Below are positions 63,241 through 64,000 of a stretch of 64,000 bases of DNA, one piece after another. The position numbers and the translations under genes were made by a program. Location: contig OZ038378.1 in NCBI GenBank assembly GCA_964036045.1, forward strand, positions 105,152,001-105,216,000. Reading direction: 5' to 3'. The notes below the pieces were generated by a model. That model saw nothing but the letters and a program-made list of their open reading frames with translations. It did not search any database and was not told the origin of the DNA. How positions within the stretch are numbered: position 1 is the first letter of the stretch; each line of letters starts with the position of its first letter. The stretch is from Eutreptiella sp. 'Long Island Sound 2002' (Eukaryota; Protista; Euglenida).

Positions 63241-63610
63241 GTATTTATGTGTTTTTCACCGTATTTGGGTATTGCGTGTCAGGGTGGGGAGGGGTGGGGG
63301 CTCCCAAGAGAGTGTTACACAGCCTGCTTATGCAGTTTTTCAGCCTATACAACTCAAAAATGGAAGTTTCCGAAGCTTATTTTTTTGATATGGCTAAACC
63401 TAAAAGGACCATCCGAGGTATGTAAAGCATGTTCTAGGCCGTACACAACCTCCTTATGCAGCTTTTCACCCTCGGCAGCTCAAAAATAGAAGTTTCCGAA
63501 ACTTATCTATTTGATACAGTGATCACCTAAAATGACCATTCAAGATATGTAAAGCATATTTTAGCTCGTATTCATGTAGTTTTTACCCTATTTTGAATGT
63601 GTGTTGCTTG
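63241..63610 (+). repeat. ~190-bp satellite units (right flank of the long LINE)
   Basis: Same unit; it resumes at gtatttatgtgtttttcacc. Confidence 0.85.
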
Positions 63611-64000
63611 GGGTAGGTTCTCTGCGAGGTGGACTTGCCGATAGAATAGAATTTTACCCCACTTGTGCATATTCAATTTTATCACCGTGTCATGGGGATC
63701 ATTTTGAGGTTTGTATGTTTGGGTACCCACCGACCCCTCACGGGGAGCCCGGTGGCCGACCGCCCGACTCGCCAACCCCCAAGGTTCGGGTCAACCAAGG
63801 GGGGCCGGAGGGGTCCCCCCCCCCTGCAACCCCCAAAACAGTTGCACACCCCTCATGGTCACACATTGGCTAGCAAGCAGCCCCCTTGGAACCACCGTAG
63901 CAGGAGTGGTGCAGACAATGTGTTGTGCAACTGGTTTTTTGCCACTATCTGTTTCCTTGTGATTTGCAGCTGCAGCATCTTGTCCCTATCATGTGGATGC

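Noticed and set aside
63968-64000. Next MPP-alpha exon after tttgcAG (LQHLVPIMW..)
   Set aside because: The acceptor and phase are plausible, but the 10 codons available before the window ends are not diagnostic.

Overview
This is eukaryotic nuclear DNA and almost entirely a nested transposable-element graveyard. It has GT-AG introns and TTAGGG-type repeats; a protist, possibly euglenozoan, origin is only my inference. The clearest system is a pair of convergent, full-length piggyBac-like elements: A at 17482-23434 (+) and B at 28387-33524 (-). They share TTCC...GGAA terminal inverted repeats, non-TTAA 4-bp flanks (TATA/TATA and AATG/CATG), a DDD transposase with a Cys-rich finger plus a long acidic tail, an 82-nt conserved non-coding 3' element, and an upstream multi-exon accessory gene of unknown family with conserved intron positions. 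Also present are two recognisable and one weak RAG1/Transib-like DDE transposase remnants, a scrambled Ty3/gypsy integrase-chromodomain fragment, and a ~10-kb internally inverted LINE (2A-like peptide, APE, RT, CCHC finger, long C-terminal extension). A 5'-truncated sister LINE sits at a defined position of a ~190-bp satellite. There are several motif arrays, palindromes and interstitial telomere-like tracts. One recognisable host exon (mitochondrial processing peptidase alpha subunit) lies at 46147-46316. Most ORFs in the supplied track are spurious frames over GC-rich or low-complexity repeats. All comparisons were done by eye.
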